Origin: Flectonema sp. DT1601
Taxonomy: Eukaryota
DNA: 64,000 nt
Reading direction: 5' to 3'
NCBI GenBank assembly: GCA_964019425.1
Contig: OZ025787.1
Location: 1,426,001 to 1,490,000 of the forward strand
The stretch's first letter is position 1. Each line of letters starts with the position of its first letter. The translations under genes were made by a program, and so were the position numbers. Below, piece after piece: positions 45,132-55,712 of the stretch. The notes below the pieces were generated by a model that was not told where the DNA came from, searched no databases, and was given only the letters and a program-made list of their open reading frames with translations.

Positions 45132-47306
45132 ATGAGTGATGACGAAGACTTCTTAGGTGGACAAGACTACGATGAAGATGATGACGAGGGAGGTTTCTCA
45201 GGTGGAGGTACTGGGGGAGGTAGTAGAGACTGGTCGAGGTTAATGAAAATGATGGATGACGATAAGAAGTCAAATTCATCAGACGATGAAATACTAAGCA
45301 ACTGGATTACTAAAAGTGAGGAACAAGTTAATCAAGAATCTGATACACCCCCACCGATCTCTCAAATAACTGTCCCCCCATCTACAGCGCAGCCTGTTCC
45401 TGTTAAACCAACAGCTCCTCCACCACAACAAACAGCTGTTGCTGTTGAGAGAAAGAAGCCGACTAGGAAGCGAATTACTTCTGAACTACCTGTCGTTGTT
45501 AAGACTTCAGAACAACTTGCAGAAGAAGAACTGCAACTAAAACAACTCCAAATAGAAATGGGTGGCGACAGTGATGATGATATGGATGAGTCTTCTGATG
45601 AAGAAGAGAGTTGGAAAGGACAAGAATCGAATCAGAATATAAAAATAAGAAAACTAACCAACTCATCAGACGTATCAAATCCCCTGACTGTGAGTGGAAT
45701 ACTTCCTCCACAGCCAACAACACCTGTTAGTATTCCTTCTCCAAGATCTGCTTTCACAGGAAGTCCAAAATCTCTAAAGGAATCTTCTGATGTCGCAAAA
45801 CCAATTCAAAGACCAACACCAACAGATATCGATAGTCCTCCTCGTTGTACAAATCCAACTCCATCTTTATCAAGCTCAATACCTTTACCTGTTCATCGAC
45901 CAACTGTAGAACAGCCTGATGAGATTATGAGCTCTCCTTCGACTACTAAAATAATAAAGAAAGAAGAGAGGGAAGTTAATATAAATACACAAGCTAACTC
46001 TGCCCCGGTTCCAGTTTGTAGGAGAGAAGTGAAACCTGAAACTATTATTTCTAATCAAGAAGCTAATTCAGCCCCAGAACCAAACGATGCAAACAATGCA
46101 CAACAAAATTCAGCACAAGCGATGTCTCTAGCAACCATGTTGTTCCCAGACGTTGACGACGCTGCAGATGTTAAAAATGAAGTTCAAAACAACAGAACCA
46201 CATGGATCCATTCAATGCTGAACTATAATAGTAATGAAGAAACTTCTATAAACGACAAATGGGAAAAATTACATCGTGACAATGACTGTGAAATGAAGCT
46301 TCCAACACCAACTAAGAGTCAACTTCTAGAAGAGAACTCCATCTTAGAGATGCTTGAGAGGGATGATGAGAAATTATTCCCAACTTGTATCGAAGACTCA
46401 GTTCGTAAGACTACAGCGCATGCGAAGAATCGCAGAGGATCAGCTACTCACAGACAATACTTAGATTCAGTTGTCAACAACGCTCTTGATATTCGAATTC
46501 CCGTGTGGCTGAAGTCTAATGCAATTAGTAGGAAGTTTGAAGGGATACCAAAACTAGAAGTGGTAACTGAAAAAGGACAGCAACGACTATCTCAATTGTA
46601 CACTCGTAATGCATCAGTTGATGAAAATATTTTTTGGAAAGATTCAAAAAAAAAGCCTTCACGTCCCCCTTCTGAAAAGACATTCATTATTGGGTTATCT
46701 GTTTACTCACAGATGACAGGAGACTTGATTAGAATTCACGAAGTGTACAATTGTAATAAACTATCACTACTAAATGATATATTAAAATGTGATTTATCAT
46801 CACACCTATCAGAGATTAATAAAAAAGATAACAAGTTGTACTTACCTGATGAACATGCTTCTATGATGATACTGGCTAATGGTGTTTTTTATTTAAAAAA
46901 GAACTCGAATTCTATCGATCTGCTGGCTTCGGTGAAAGATTGGATTCCAAAAGAAAACAAACACAACCCATGGTCGTTTTGTGATGAACGTGATATTGAT
47001 GAAATGTCCTTCGGAGATTTAATGCTCGACATCGGAGGCCTTCTTCTATTCAGACACAATGGTCGCTGTGATCATTTTCTAAGAATCCACCACTTAACAA
47101 ACTCTTCTAAAGACAACCTACTCCCTCGTACTATCTTTTCCACTGTTTCGAGTAGGTATCCTCAGTGTTATATTTGTGATATGCCTGCGTCGTTTATTTG
47201 TAGTTATTGTCCGCAGCTACCGTCACACAGTTTGATTTGTTTAAATTGTAAACAACAACTGACTGATATTAAATCAATACCAATTGGGAAAGCTGCTGAA
47301 TCCTAA
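45132..47306 (+). CDS. SNAPC3: SNAPc subunit SNAP50/SNAPC3-like with long disordered N-terminus (start MSDDED)
   Basis: ANGVFY, FGDLMLDIGGLLLFRHNGRCDH and CYIC...CLNC match the SNAP50 C-terminal HxxxCxH plus zinc finger. Confidence 0.75.
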   Translation: MSDDEDFLGGQDYDEDDDEGGFSGGGTGGGSRDWSRLMKMMDDDKKSNSSDDEILSNWITKSEEQVNQESDTPPPISQITVPPSTAQPVPVKPTAPPPQQTAVAVERKKPTRKRITSELPVVVKTSEQLAEEELQLKQLQIEMGGDSDDDMDESSDEEESWKGQESNQNIKIRKLTNSSDVSNPLTVSGILPPQPTTPVSIPSPRSAFTGSPKSLKESSDVAKPIQRPTPTDIDSPPRCTNPTPSLSSSIPLPVHRPTVEQPDEIMSSPSTTKIIKKEEREVNINTQANSAPVPVCRREVKPETIISNQEANSAPEPNDANNAQQNSAQAMSLATMLFPDVDDAADVKNEVQNNRTTWIHSMLNYNSNEETSINDKWEKLHRDNDCEMKLPTPTKSQLLEENSILEMLERDDEKLFPTCIEDSVRKTTAHAKNRRGSATHRQYLDSVVNNALDIRIPVWLKSNAISRKFEGIPKLEVVTEKGQQRLSQLYTRNASVDENIFWKDSKKKPSRPPSEKTFIIGLSVYSQMTGDLIRIHEVYNCNKLSLLNDILKCDLSSHLSEINKKDNKLYLPDEHASMMILANGVFYLKKNSNSIDLLASVKDWIPKENKHNPWSFCDERDIDEMSFGDLMLDIGGLLLFRHNGRCDHFLRIHHLTNSSKDNLLPRTIFSTVSSRYPQCYICDMPASFICSYCPQLPSHSLICLNCKQQLTDIKSIPIGKAAES

Positions 47307-47313
47307 CTTTTTG

Positions 47314-47550
47314 CAATGAAGTGTCAACTTCGAACTGGTTAATTTAACCATAGCATTCGCTTCATCACTGCGGTCGAAAATGTAGATAACGGTGCGGGCT
47401 CTTTCATGGGTTTAGGTTGAAGGGTCTCTCGGGACCTCTCGTGGGCTCGGAAGCCTTCTGTGTCAGGCCGCATGTCGTGTCTACAATGAAGTGTCAACTT
47501 GGAACTGTTACGAACAAGAGGAATCCAACTGGTTAATTAAACCACAGCAT
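47314..47550. other. GC-rich fold-back segment (47381-47485) between duplicated flanks
   Basis: caatgaagtgtcaactt(c/g)gaactg at 47314-37 and 47484-507; aactggttaatt(t/a)aacca(t/c)agcat at 47333-56 and 47527-50; core ends TGTAGAT...GTCTACA. Confidence 0.6.
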
Positions 47551-47677
47551 GAGTTAGTTCGTTTTATGAAACAATATCGCATGGAAGACATGATTAACAA
47601 TGTTTTTGTTTTTCCCATAATTTCTTATAATTCTATCCATTTATGTTAATACAGACTACCCACTTTGATATGCAAAC

Positions 47678-50600
47678 ATGGAAGGAGGGCTCACAAGAAA
47701 TATTTCAGTACTTCCGAATATTAAGAAGTCCGATACCAACAGTACTGGTCAAAGAAAGAATATTAAGATTGATGACTTACTAGATCCACATCAGTTGTTG
47801 TTGTTGGAGAATGTTTTTTCAAAACATCCGAAGGGAGAGTTATCTGAAGAAGATTTCATAAAGTCATTCAAAGATGTATTGGGTCAGAATATGATAGAAG
47901 AAGATCTACGAACGTGGTTTATGAGAATTGACGCGAATGCCAACGGTTCTGTTGATTGGGATGAGTTCAGTTCACATCTTTTATATCACAATCATGGGGT
48001 GACTGAGAATGGACGTATTAAAGAATACATTCCATCATCACATCAGTTAGAAAACAGACATGCGAGATGTCACAAACAACACGTTAGTAAGATTCTAATC
48101 CACGAAAGAGCAAACACCTATTGGACGTCCTCACACGATGGAATGGTCATCGTTTGGAATCCCAACACACTCCGTCACTCTCATTGTATCAACAACAATA
48201 CTGCTCATCTATGGAGTTCATCATCATCACCTAACACTGTCATGATAACAGACATTTGTCTCAGTCCCAGTAGCGCTTCAATGTATGTTGCTGCAGCAAA
48301 CAGAACTATAAATGTTTACGACATGAGATATGCGCATATAAAAAGATATGTTGGTAGGAAGATTTATAACGAAGTAAAAGAATCAGCTGGGATGACAGGA
48401 ACAATGGCTCAAGGAAGTATAGCAAAGATAAGAGACGCGGAGTCTAAGGCTAAGTTAGAAAAAGGGATCGTCGCGACACAATATCATCCGAAAGTTGATA
48501 CAACGGCTCTACTTCAAATGGAAGATCCGCCATCCTCTCTGGAAGTTGTTCAAATAGCTGAAAGAGAACATCTGATAACAGGTTTGAATAATGGTCAACT
48601 TATAATCTATTCACCTGGAAGGGGAACTATTGTAAGAAGTCTTCCTCCGGTTCAAAAATTACAAACTCACTCATCTCTGATAACCAATACGAGGTATCTT
48701 CCTCAACTCGGAGGGTTTACATTACTAACGTCATCGTGGGATAAAACATTAAAACTAACTGATCTCGAAGTTGGGGTTTGCACTCATATTTTAGGAAATG
48801 AAACCAGCAGGCACTCAGTTTGCTGCATCGATTACAATCCAAATGCGAAGCTGATCGTTTCATCAGGTCCTGAGAGAGAGATCTCTTTGTGGAATCCATT
48901 TATATCTCAGCCATTGGCTTTACTTTCTGGTCACTTAACACCAATAGTTGGAATCGCATTTAATCCTCAAGACAATCAAGTGATATCAATGTCAGCAGAT
49001 AAATGTGTTAAAATATGGGACCTCAGAACTCTAAAACTCTTTCAGTCTTTTGCAGATGACGGACTTGGTGGTGAAGTCGCAATCTCAAGTCACGGATGTG
49101 ACAAAACTTTCACAGCGATGGCATTCGATAACAGAAATCAAAGAATTGTCGCAGCTTCAACCAGAGTTCAAGCATGGCCGATACGACGTTCAATTCCTAA
49201 TTTTGCAGCGGAGTACAGAGGACATGCTGACCAAATAGCAGCCTTACTAATTGCTAACATGTTTGATCAGGTCCTCACATGTGATGTCGGTGGATGTGTC
49301 CAGCTGTGGAACTTATCTACTGGAGAACCAGAATTCCTTTTTAACATAAAAACTCAGGAAGACGCTCGTTGTCACAACGACACTCCATTTGCTCCAACTT
49401 GTGCCTGTCTCGACATCTTTGAAAGGAGGTTTATCGTTGGAGATAATAGAGGTCGGGTTCATATTTTTAATTATTCCAACGGTCAGGACATTAGATGTTG
49501 CCGACCGCAGAGGTCGAAGAAGAAGTCTAAATTCCGAGCAGAGAGAGAGTCAAGAATAAGTGACGTCGTTCACATCGCAAAGACTGATGGATCGTATCGA
49601 TACGTTGTTGCATCTTGTGGTGTTTATCTTTATGTTTTTAATGATTGTGAAAGTACTGGTGTTGGTCCTGCGGCGGCATTCACATCAGAGAAAGATACAT
49701 TAACGATAGAGTGTCAACATGGAATAATATCATCGATAATTGCTTGTTCTCATAATCCTCTCGCAACTGTCGGTACTCTCGACGGAGAGATTATAGTTTA
49801 CAACGTGTCGTCCGCATGTGAGATAGCTGTATATTCGAAGGAAAAATCAACGATATCAGAATCACTGTCAGCAGCTACCAGGCTTCCAAGTCTTCGTGGA
49901 GCTGAACAGCGAACATCTCGACAAGTATTCTTCCTAACTGAGCCATCTGACTGTGATGTCAATAATAATAATAAATGTAATGATTCACTCTCATCTGACA
50001 GTAGCAGCAGCTGTGATATATCATCAGATTCAGACAGTGATAACGAACATATTTGTAGCCTTTTGGGATTTTCTTCAGTTGACCAAAAAAAAGGAATTAG
50101 AAATATGTGTTCTATTCCAGAGAGACAACTTTTAGCAACGATCTCTGTAGGAATTCGAATTGACTTTTGGAATGTAAAAAAACAACGTCACGTTATGAGA
50201 TACGGACTGCAGTACGATAATATCGGAACTTTTGTTGAAATCTGCGTCGATCCTAAAAGTGATTACCTCGCAGCGTCTGATAACACTGGTATAGTAGTAG
50301 TTTTTAATATCTCTCTATTGAACCCTCCAGAGTGTTCTGATATGAATGAGGAATCATTATTTAGAGCTCATGATTCGACTGTAATCGCGATTAGTATAGT
50401 GACGAATGGATTCGTCATCACTTGCGGTGCTGATCTTTATATTAAATTACATTCGTGTAAGGGAGTTCCAGTTGGTTGTTTTGGTCAGTCGTTTAAGGGA
50501 GTCACACCGTGGAATTTGAAAGATCCGTCAACATGGAAATCAAACTCAACAGTAAGTCAATATCACCTTCCTATAAAGAGAACAGGGTCGATGGTTAAAT

Positions 50601-51427
50601 CCCGTAAGAATCGAAGAAGGGAACGATCAGAAAATCGACACCAACGAGAACTCACAAGACAACAACAACAATCATCCGAAGCTTCGTCTTTTCAGGAAAA
50701 GAACGTCCAAATGGATACAAAAATTGAAAAAATCGACAACACAATTTCAAGGATCCCACCAATTCCAGTAGCAGCATCACCAACTTTCTCTAAGAAGAAA
50801 CACTGGTTTAAACAATCACCCAATATATTCATTCCTGGTAAGAGATATAAATTACTTCCTGTTGGATGTCCTAAAAAGCTTCCACTTCTTAGAAACCAAC
50901 AGTCAGAACATGATCAACGGAAGCCAGAACTTCTCAGAGCGAAGACGTTAAGAGCGATGAGAAAACAAATGAAGATATCAAAGCTTCCAAGTGTTATAAA
51001 ATCGACTGCTCTGTGTTGTCAAAACTCTCAACGGAAGGCTGCGATGAGAGAGATTAAAAACATAAAAGTTTCAACACCAGGTGACAGTGCAGACGACACA
51101 TCAAGTCCTGTTAGTATGTCAGGATTAGAAACAAATAAAGAACCGTTATCACCTGAAATCATATCTGAAAGAGTTAAAGAACTTCTCAGCAATCAGTCAT
51201 CTCAATCTCGTTCCCAACATGTCAGCGATATTTCAAAAGCTGTTTTATATCAACGAGAAGTTCATCCGAAGGAGTGGGTTGAAAGAGCAGTTTCGCTGCT
51301 TCCACTAAAAGGAAAATCAGATTTCTATTCCGTCACACATCCAACTGCATCCTGGTCGACTACTATTCAACAAATAGCATCTCGGAAGAGGAATACAAAG
51401 TCTCAACGTCATCAGCCAATTATCTGA
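47678..51427 (+). CDS. EF-hand plus WD40-repeat protein, WDR49/CFAP337-like
   Basis: FMRIDANANGSVDWDEFSS EF-hand; WD repeats e.g. LWNPF..LSGH..SMSADKCVKIWDLR. Confidence 0.85.
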   Translation: MEGGLTRNISVLPNIKKSDTNSTGQRKNIKIDDLLDPHQLLLLENVFSKHPKGELSEEDFIKSFKDVLGQNMIEEDLRTWFMRIDANANGSVDWDEFSSHLLYHNHGVTENGRIKEYIPSSHQLENRHARCHKQHVSKILIHERANTYWTSSHDGMVIVWNPNTLRHSHCINNNTAHLWSSSSSPNTVMITDICLSPSSASMYVAAANRTINVYDMRYAHIKRYVGRKIYNEVKESAGMTGTMAQGSIAKIRDAESKAKLEKGIVATQYHPKVDTTALLQMEDPPSSLEVVQIAEREHLITGLNNGQLIIYSPGRGTIVRSLPPVQKLQTHSSLITNTRYLPQLGGFTLLTSSWDKTLKLTDLEVGVCTHILGNETSRHSVCCIDYNPNAKLIVSSGPEREISLWNPFISQPLALLSGHLTPIVGIAFNPQDNQVISMSADKCVKIWDLRTLKLFQSFADDGLGGEVAISSHGCDKTFTAMAFDNRNQRIVAASTRVQAWPIRRSIPNFAAEYRGHADQIAALLIANMFDQVLTCDVGGCVQLWNLSTGEPEFLFNIKTQEDARCHNDTPFAPTCACLDIFERRFIVGDNRGRVHIFNYSNGQDIRCCRPQRSKKKSKFRAERESRISDVVHIAKTDGSYRYVVASCGVYLYVFNDCESTGVGPAAAFTSEKDTLTIECQHGIISSIIACSHNPLATVGTLDGEIIVYNVSSACEIAVYSKEKSTISESLSAATRLPSLRGAEQRTSRQVFFLTEPSDCDVNNNNKCNDSLSSDSSSSCDISSDSDSDNEHICSLLGFSSVDQKKGIRNMCSIPERQLLATISVGIRIDFWNVKKQRHVMRYGLQYDNIGTFVEICVDPKSDYLAASDNTGIVVVFNISLLNPPECSDMNEESLFRAHDSTVIAISIVTNGFVITCGADLYIKLHSCKGVPVGCFGQSFKGVTPWNLKDPSTWKSNSTVSQYHLPIKRTGSMVKSRKNRRRERSENRHQRELTRQQQQSSEASSFQEKNVQMDTKIEKIDNTISRIPPIPVAASPTFSKKKHWFKQSPNIFIPGKRYKLLPVGCPKKLPLLRNQQSEHDQRKPELLRAKTLRAMRKQMKISKLPSVIKSTALCCQNSQRKAAMREIKNIKVSTPGDSADDTSSPVSMSGLETNKEPLSPEIISERVKELLSNQSSQSRSQHVSDISKAVLYQREVHPKEWVERAVSLLPLKGKSDFYSVTHPTASWSTTIQQIASRKRNTKSQRHQPII

Positions 51428-51664
51428 TTTGAATAAAAGTACAGCTTTTTTTTATAATTTTTTTTTGATTGCAGAGCAAGATCGAAATACGGTACTCCTG
51501 TGCCTGTAGATCTGCTCTCTATCGCCTGTTTAGTTTTTGTGCGCTTCTCATTTACACTTCAGCGACCATTAGAGGACAAGCTGTTTTTACTTATGTTTTC
51601 ATTAAAAGGAAAGGAACGTATTTATAAATTCATAAATCATTCTTACTAACAGTGTACTAACAAG

Positions 51665-52378
51665 ATGGAAGCTACGATGCTATTCCCTCGTGAGATTGCA
51701 GTGTTGAGGGCAGTACAAGGAAGCTTTAATCAACTTAGAGAACAGAAACGCAGTGTTGAAGGACTAGTTCTTCAAGTAGCCACACGATTAGATGAAGTAG
51801 GAGAGAGAGTACCAGGTTACTGGAGAGCTGATAATGGTAAAAGAGTAAGAGGATGGTTATTATCTCCGTGTGGATTACCATCGTACCCGAGGATAAGAAG
51901 AGCAACCTCTCCAATGAGAGGTAAGGTGATGTCACCTCCGAAGTATCAGCAGCCGCAACCAGAACAGTCAACTCCAGCAGCAGCACCCACAAAAACATTT
52001 CGCAGAGCCATAACAAAACGACCAGGTGGGGCTTCCACAACTCAAAATATGTTTTCTACATCTCCACCTGAAACACAACTACCCGGATGGGGAGCAGACT
52101 CAGTTCTCTCAGCTCTGGAAATGTTGAATGACCCGACTCCAATCTCAATTAGTAGATCTGTCTCACCGCAGAAGTTTCAACGTCTTCCCTCTGCGTCTCC
52201 TTCAAGTCTGGTGACACCAGACGTACAAATGATTAGAAGTTCTTCACCAGATCTTCCAACAGCTGGTTCTAATCCATCTTCAGTAGTAGCTGCTTCCTGG
52301 CAGTTGTATGATGAGGCTCTTCGTAGATTCTGTGCTGCTTGTGATGAATCAGATTCAAAGATAAGAGGAGGGACATAA
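51665..52378 (+). CDS. Hypothetical protein, Ser/Pro-rich
   Basis: 237-aa ATG ORF on the cluster strand with coding-like composition. Confidence 0.65.
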   Translation: MEATMLFPREIAVLRAVQGSFNQLREQKRSVEGLVLQVATRLDEVGERVPGYWRADNGKRVRGWLLSPCGLPSYPRIRRATSPMRGKVMSPPKYQQPQPEQSTPAAAPTKTFRRAITKRPGGASTTQNMFSTSPPETQLPGWGADSVLSALEMLNDPTPISISRSVSPQKFQRLPSASPSSLVTPDVQMIRSSSPDLPTAGSNPSSVVAASWQLYDEALRRFCAACDESDSKIRGGT

Positions 52379-52936
52379 GAAATACCTCTTCCAACGACTA
52401 CTTCCACTTCACAACTGGACATCATCATCTGTTGTTGTTGTGACATACGACAGGTCTCAGTGATGATATTAAAGGAACGTTGATTTGTTTATTTTCAAAA
52501 AAAGTAAATCAACTTGTTCAATCCTTATCCGCATTTCAACAAGACTACTTTCAAAATAGAAATTCTCCAGTCTGTAATAAATGATTGTCACGCAGTCAAG
52601 ACCACCACCGTGTGATATTTCTATCGTTCCTACTTAGTCCTCATGTCAAAGTTTCTCATAAGGGTAACCTTTTGACTGTTAGTTTAGTTCCCTTTATTGT
52701 CAATAGAAGTTAACAATTCCTCTCGCGGGTATTATTATAATACAATTGATTGAGTTGAGTCACTTCGTAGAGTTTTTTTTGTTGTTTAGATTTGGTGTTT
52801 TGTGCTGTTTCCTGCTGATGATTGTGTTTTTTTTTATTTTTTTATTTCTTTTCTAAAAAACAGGTGATAAGTGAAAAATATTTTGATTCTGTTGATTTCC
52901 AATCAGATATTATAAGAAAGTAAATGAATATCATAG

Positions 52937-55135
52937 ATGAGGAGATTCACTGTGAACAGGCTACTGCCTTCACTTGTAAGAGGAACTGATTTAACTATTG
53001 AAGAATGTGAGTTCCTCCTTACAAAAAAACACCCAAACAGAAGTTTAGATTACGCAAACGCTGAACTCGTGCGCGAAGTTCTCAGAGCGAAGACAGGGAT
53101 AAAATTGTTTCCATTACAGAGTACGATTCAATGTCTTAAATTATTAAATAATAACATTCCATCTGCACCACTTCAACAAGTACTTCATATAATAGAAGAA
53201 CAGGATCACTACGGAATACTATCGAAGAAGAGTCTGTTGTCTTTAATCGAATTATCAACTGCAGTTGGGAAAATTGACGACATCAAAAAACTAATTTACA
53301 AAACAAGTAATCCAAATGAGGCGATATTACCAAAATATAAACAGATCATGGGAATCGAACCCAAGCCAACCCAGCATGTTCCTCTGCGTAGTGCTATTCT
53401 TAAGTATGACCCACCTGATGAACATTTATTATCGTTATTGAGAAACTGCAAGCATAGTGGAAATGGATTTGTGGAATTGTTGACTGCGGCGGCAGGGATA
53501 CTGTTGGAAAGGCATCCGGAGTCGTACTGTGTTAATATCACAAGTATGACTTTTCTTAATGTTTCACCGTCGATTGTTAAACATGTTGCTGCTATCTGTT
53601 CCTCATTACCACATTCTAATAACCTGATCGATTCATTGGTGTGGATCACTCCTCGGATGCAAACAGATTTCTATCCAGACGTTCGTCTGTTGTCCAGGAG
53701 GGTTGTAATCAACTCATCAACAGATATTAAAAAAATAGAACTGATTTGGGAAAATTTATTAAATCATAAAATGGAAGTTTGTTTGGACCTTACAATAAAA
53801 AACATATCAAAGAAACCGAATAAGAGAAATCAACTGCAAAAATACGACAACAAGAAACTCTGTTCACCAAACATGTTGTATTCATTTGTAACAACTAAAG
53901 AAATGATGAAAGTCTTGGGGAAGGTTGGAGTTATACTTGACACGCTTGTGAAAGCAACTGGTGAGTACATCATAAATAGAAATAGAAAATTAATTCTTCC
54001 AAATGGTAAAGTTATACAATTGCTATTCAAGTACTTGTCTCGCATGGACGATAGTCGACTCACATTCGAAGTACTCTCAACATGCATCCAACGATCAAAG
54101 AATTTAAGTAAATACATCTCACCAAAAACTGCTATTTCTATAACTCAATCAGCTTTGTCTTATTGCTTTAAAACAGAAGTTTTAAAAGATAGAGCAGTGG
54201 AACTGGTGGTGTGCATAATAAAATCATGTTGTATAATTAACAATGCGACGTCCGATAGGAAAGAGTCAGCGAAGCTTTACAAAGATTTACTGTACAGCTA
54301 TCGAAATGAAGAAATTTCATCGCAACTGAAAGAGATTGCGACGCAAGCGACCATAGCGACGGAACGGCATGGGAATGTAGTTCCCATGAGTGTAATGGTT
54401 TTGCAAGAGTTGTTAAAGAGTTATTTATCATTCAATATCGGAAGAGGAATGCTTCCTTCATACCATTTCAATGAATTATTCCGTGCTGGTTGTTGTGAGT
54501 ATCTACTTCATGATCTACCTCCTTCCTTCTTAATCAAATTATTATACAGACTAGCACTTCTAAGGCATAAGACACAATCCTCACTTGTAATAAAAAGTAT
54601 TAATTTATTACTTCAAAAACAACTGTCGAATAAAGATGTTAATTTATTAGTTTGGTCGTCTGCTATGATGTCCGTAACAAGTGATAAGAATTTAGGATTC
54701 GCACTGTCATTGAAGGTGAAGGAGTTGGATTTTAATTCGTTTTCTGATGTTCATTTCTTAAGGATTATTTGGTCTTATTCTTTTTTCGATCAAACTGTTA
54801 GAGTAAAACAGGTAATCCAAAGAATTAAAGAACGAACTCTATCTATTAATATCCTTCCAGTGATTTACGATGGAGTTGTGGATGCTTTTCAGAGATTACA
54901 GCTGAGTCAAACTGAACTTCAAATTGCCTTTCAAAATAGTCTTGATCGACAGCCGCCATCAGCGTCTACTACTTCGAGGAGTCAGGTTGTTCATAAGAAG
55001 ACTAAACTTGATGATATAATTTTGAAGTTTTCGAAGGAAAATAATTTAATTGAGAAGCAGCAACAGCGAAACCAATGGAAGAAAGAAAAAAGACGTGATG
55101 AGAAAAACCTTCTCAAATTAGCTAACTCTGCATAA
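52937..55135 (+). CDS. Hypothetical helical-repeat protein, likely mitochondrial
   Basis: 732 aa; presequence-like MRRFTVNRLLPSLVRG; units DVNLLVWSSAMM and HFLRIIWSYSFF resemble RAP/FASTK-associated helical repeats. Confidence 0.7.
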   Translation: MRRFTVNRLLPSLVRGTDLTIEECEFLLTKKHPNRSLDYANAELVREVLRAKTGIKLFPLQSTIQCLKLLNNNIPSAPLQQVLHIIEEQDHYGILSKKSLLSLIELSTAVGKIDDIKKLIYKTSNPNEAILPKYKQIMGIEPKPTQHVPLRSAILKYDPPDEHLLSLLRNCKHSGNGFVELLTAAAGILLERHPESYCVNITSMTFLNVSPSIVKHVAAICSSLPHSNNLIDSLVWITPRMQTDFYPDVRLLSRRVVINSSTDIKKIELIWENLLNHKMEVCLDLTIKNISKKPNKRNQLQKYDNKKLCSPNMLYSFVTTKEMMKVLGKVGVILDTLVKATGEYIINRNRKLILPNGKVIQLLFKYLSRMDDSRLTFEVLSTCIQRSKNLSKYISPKTAISITQSALSYCFKTEVLKDRAVELVVCIIKSCCIINNATSDRKESAKLYKDLLYSYRNEEISSQLKEIATQATIATERHGNVVPMSVMVLQELLKSYLSFNIGRGMLPSYHFNELFRAGCCEYLLHDLPPSFLIKLLYRLALLRHKTQSSLVIKSINLLLQKQLSNKDVNLLVWSSAMMSVTSDKNLGFALSLKVKELDFNSFSDVHFLRIIWSYSFFDQTVRVKQVIQRIKERTLSINILPVIYDGVVDAFQRLQLSQTELQIAFQNSLDRQPPSASTTSRSQVVHKKTKLDDIILKFSKENNLIEKQQQRNQWKKEKRRDEKNLLKLANSA

Positions 55136-55328
55136 ACAGAGTTGTAGTACGACCGCTTTCGGTTTATTATTTATCCGAATTACGCGAGGATGTCAATATT
55201 CTATTTTCTTTCTTCGTCCAGATAATAATAGAAAACAGTTGTTAAGTTGATCTTTTAGATTGTTGGGTGGGTATTGAATTTAATTTTAGTTTTTCTTTCC
55301 AACAGTTTTATACAGCCTTTTTATAATA

Positions 55329-55712
55329 ATGGGTGTCTGTTCATCGAAGACTGAGATGTCAAGACCGGTTGCACGCAAATCGTCAATCGAAACAATGAAG
55401 AGGAAGGAATGCACTGAAAGCTCTATGTCGAGATCAAGTGGGGAAGCAACCATCCCGCAGGAAGTTAGAAAAGAGGGAAGCAATATTGAATGGTTCCCAG
55501 AGGAGACAGAAAGCAGCTGGTCACTCACTGTTAGTAGTATGAGTCCGAGTGAAGGAGAACCAGAAAGCTTTTTTTTCAATGATGAGCTTATTGCTGAAAA
55601 TGATCTTCGTTCAAATATATCGATCTCACCTCTTTCGATGTCTCTCTCAACGTCGAGAGCGGAAAAATATAGCGTTCCTCCTTTGAGGCTTCCTTGCACA
55701 ACTGTCATATAA
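55329..55712 (+). CDS. Small Ser-rich protein with dual-acylation-type N-terminus
   Basis: MGVCSSK (Gly2, Cys4, Ser6, Lys7); ATG follows a tacag acceptor. Confidence 0.65.
   Translation: MGVCSSKTEMSRPVARKSSIETMKRKECTESSMSRSSGEATIPQEVRKEGSNIEWFPEETESSWSLTVSSMSPSEGEPESFFFNDELIAENDLRSNISISPLSMSLSTSRAEKYSVPPLRLPCTTVI

Noticed and set aside
47430..47460. ACCTCTCGTGG resembling an HDV-like ribozyme L3 loop; GGGTTTAGG nearby resembling a telomeric repeat
   Set aside because: P1, P2 and P3 could not be completed; only a single telomere-like unit
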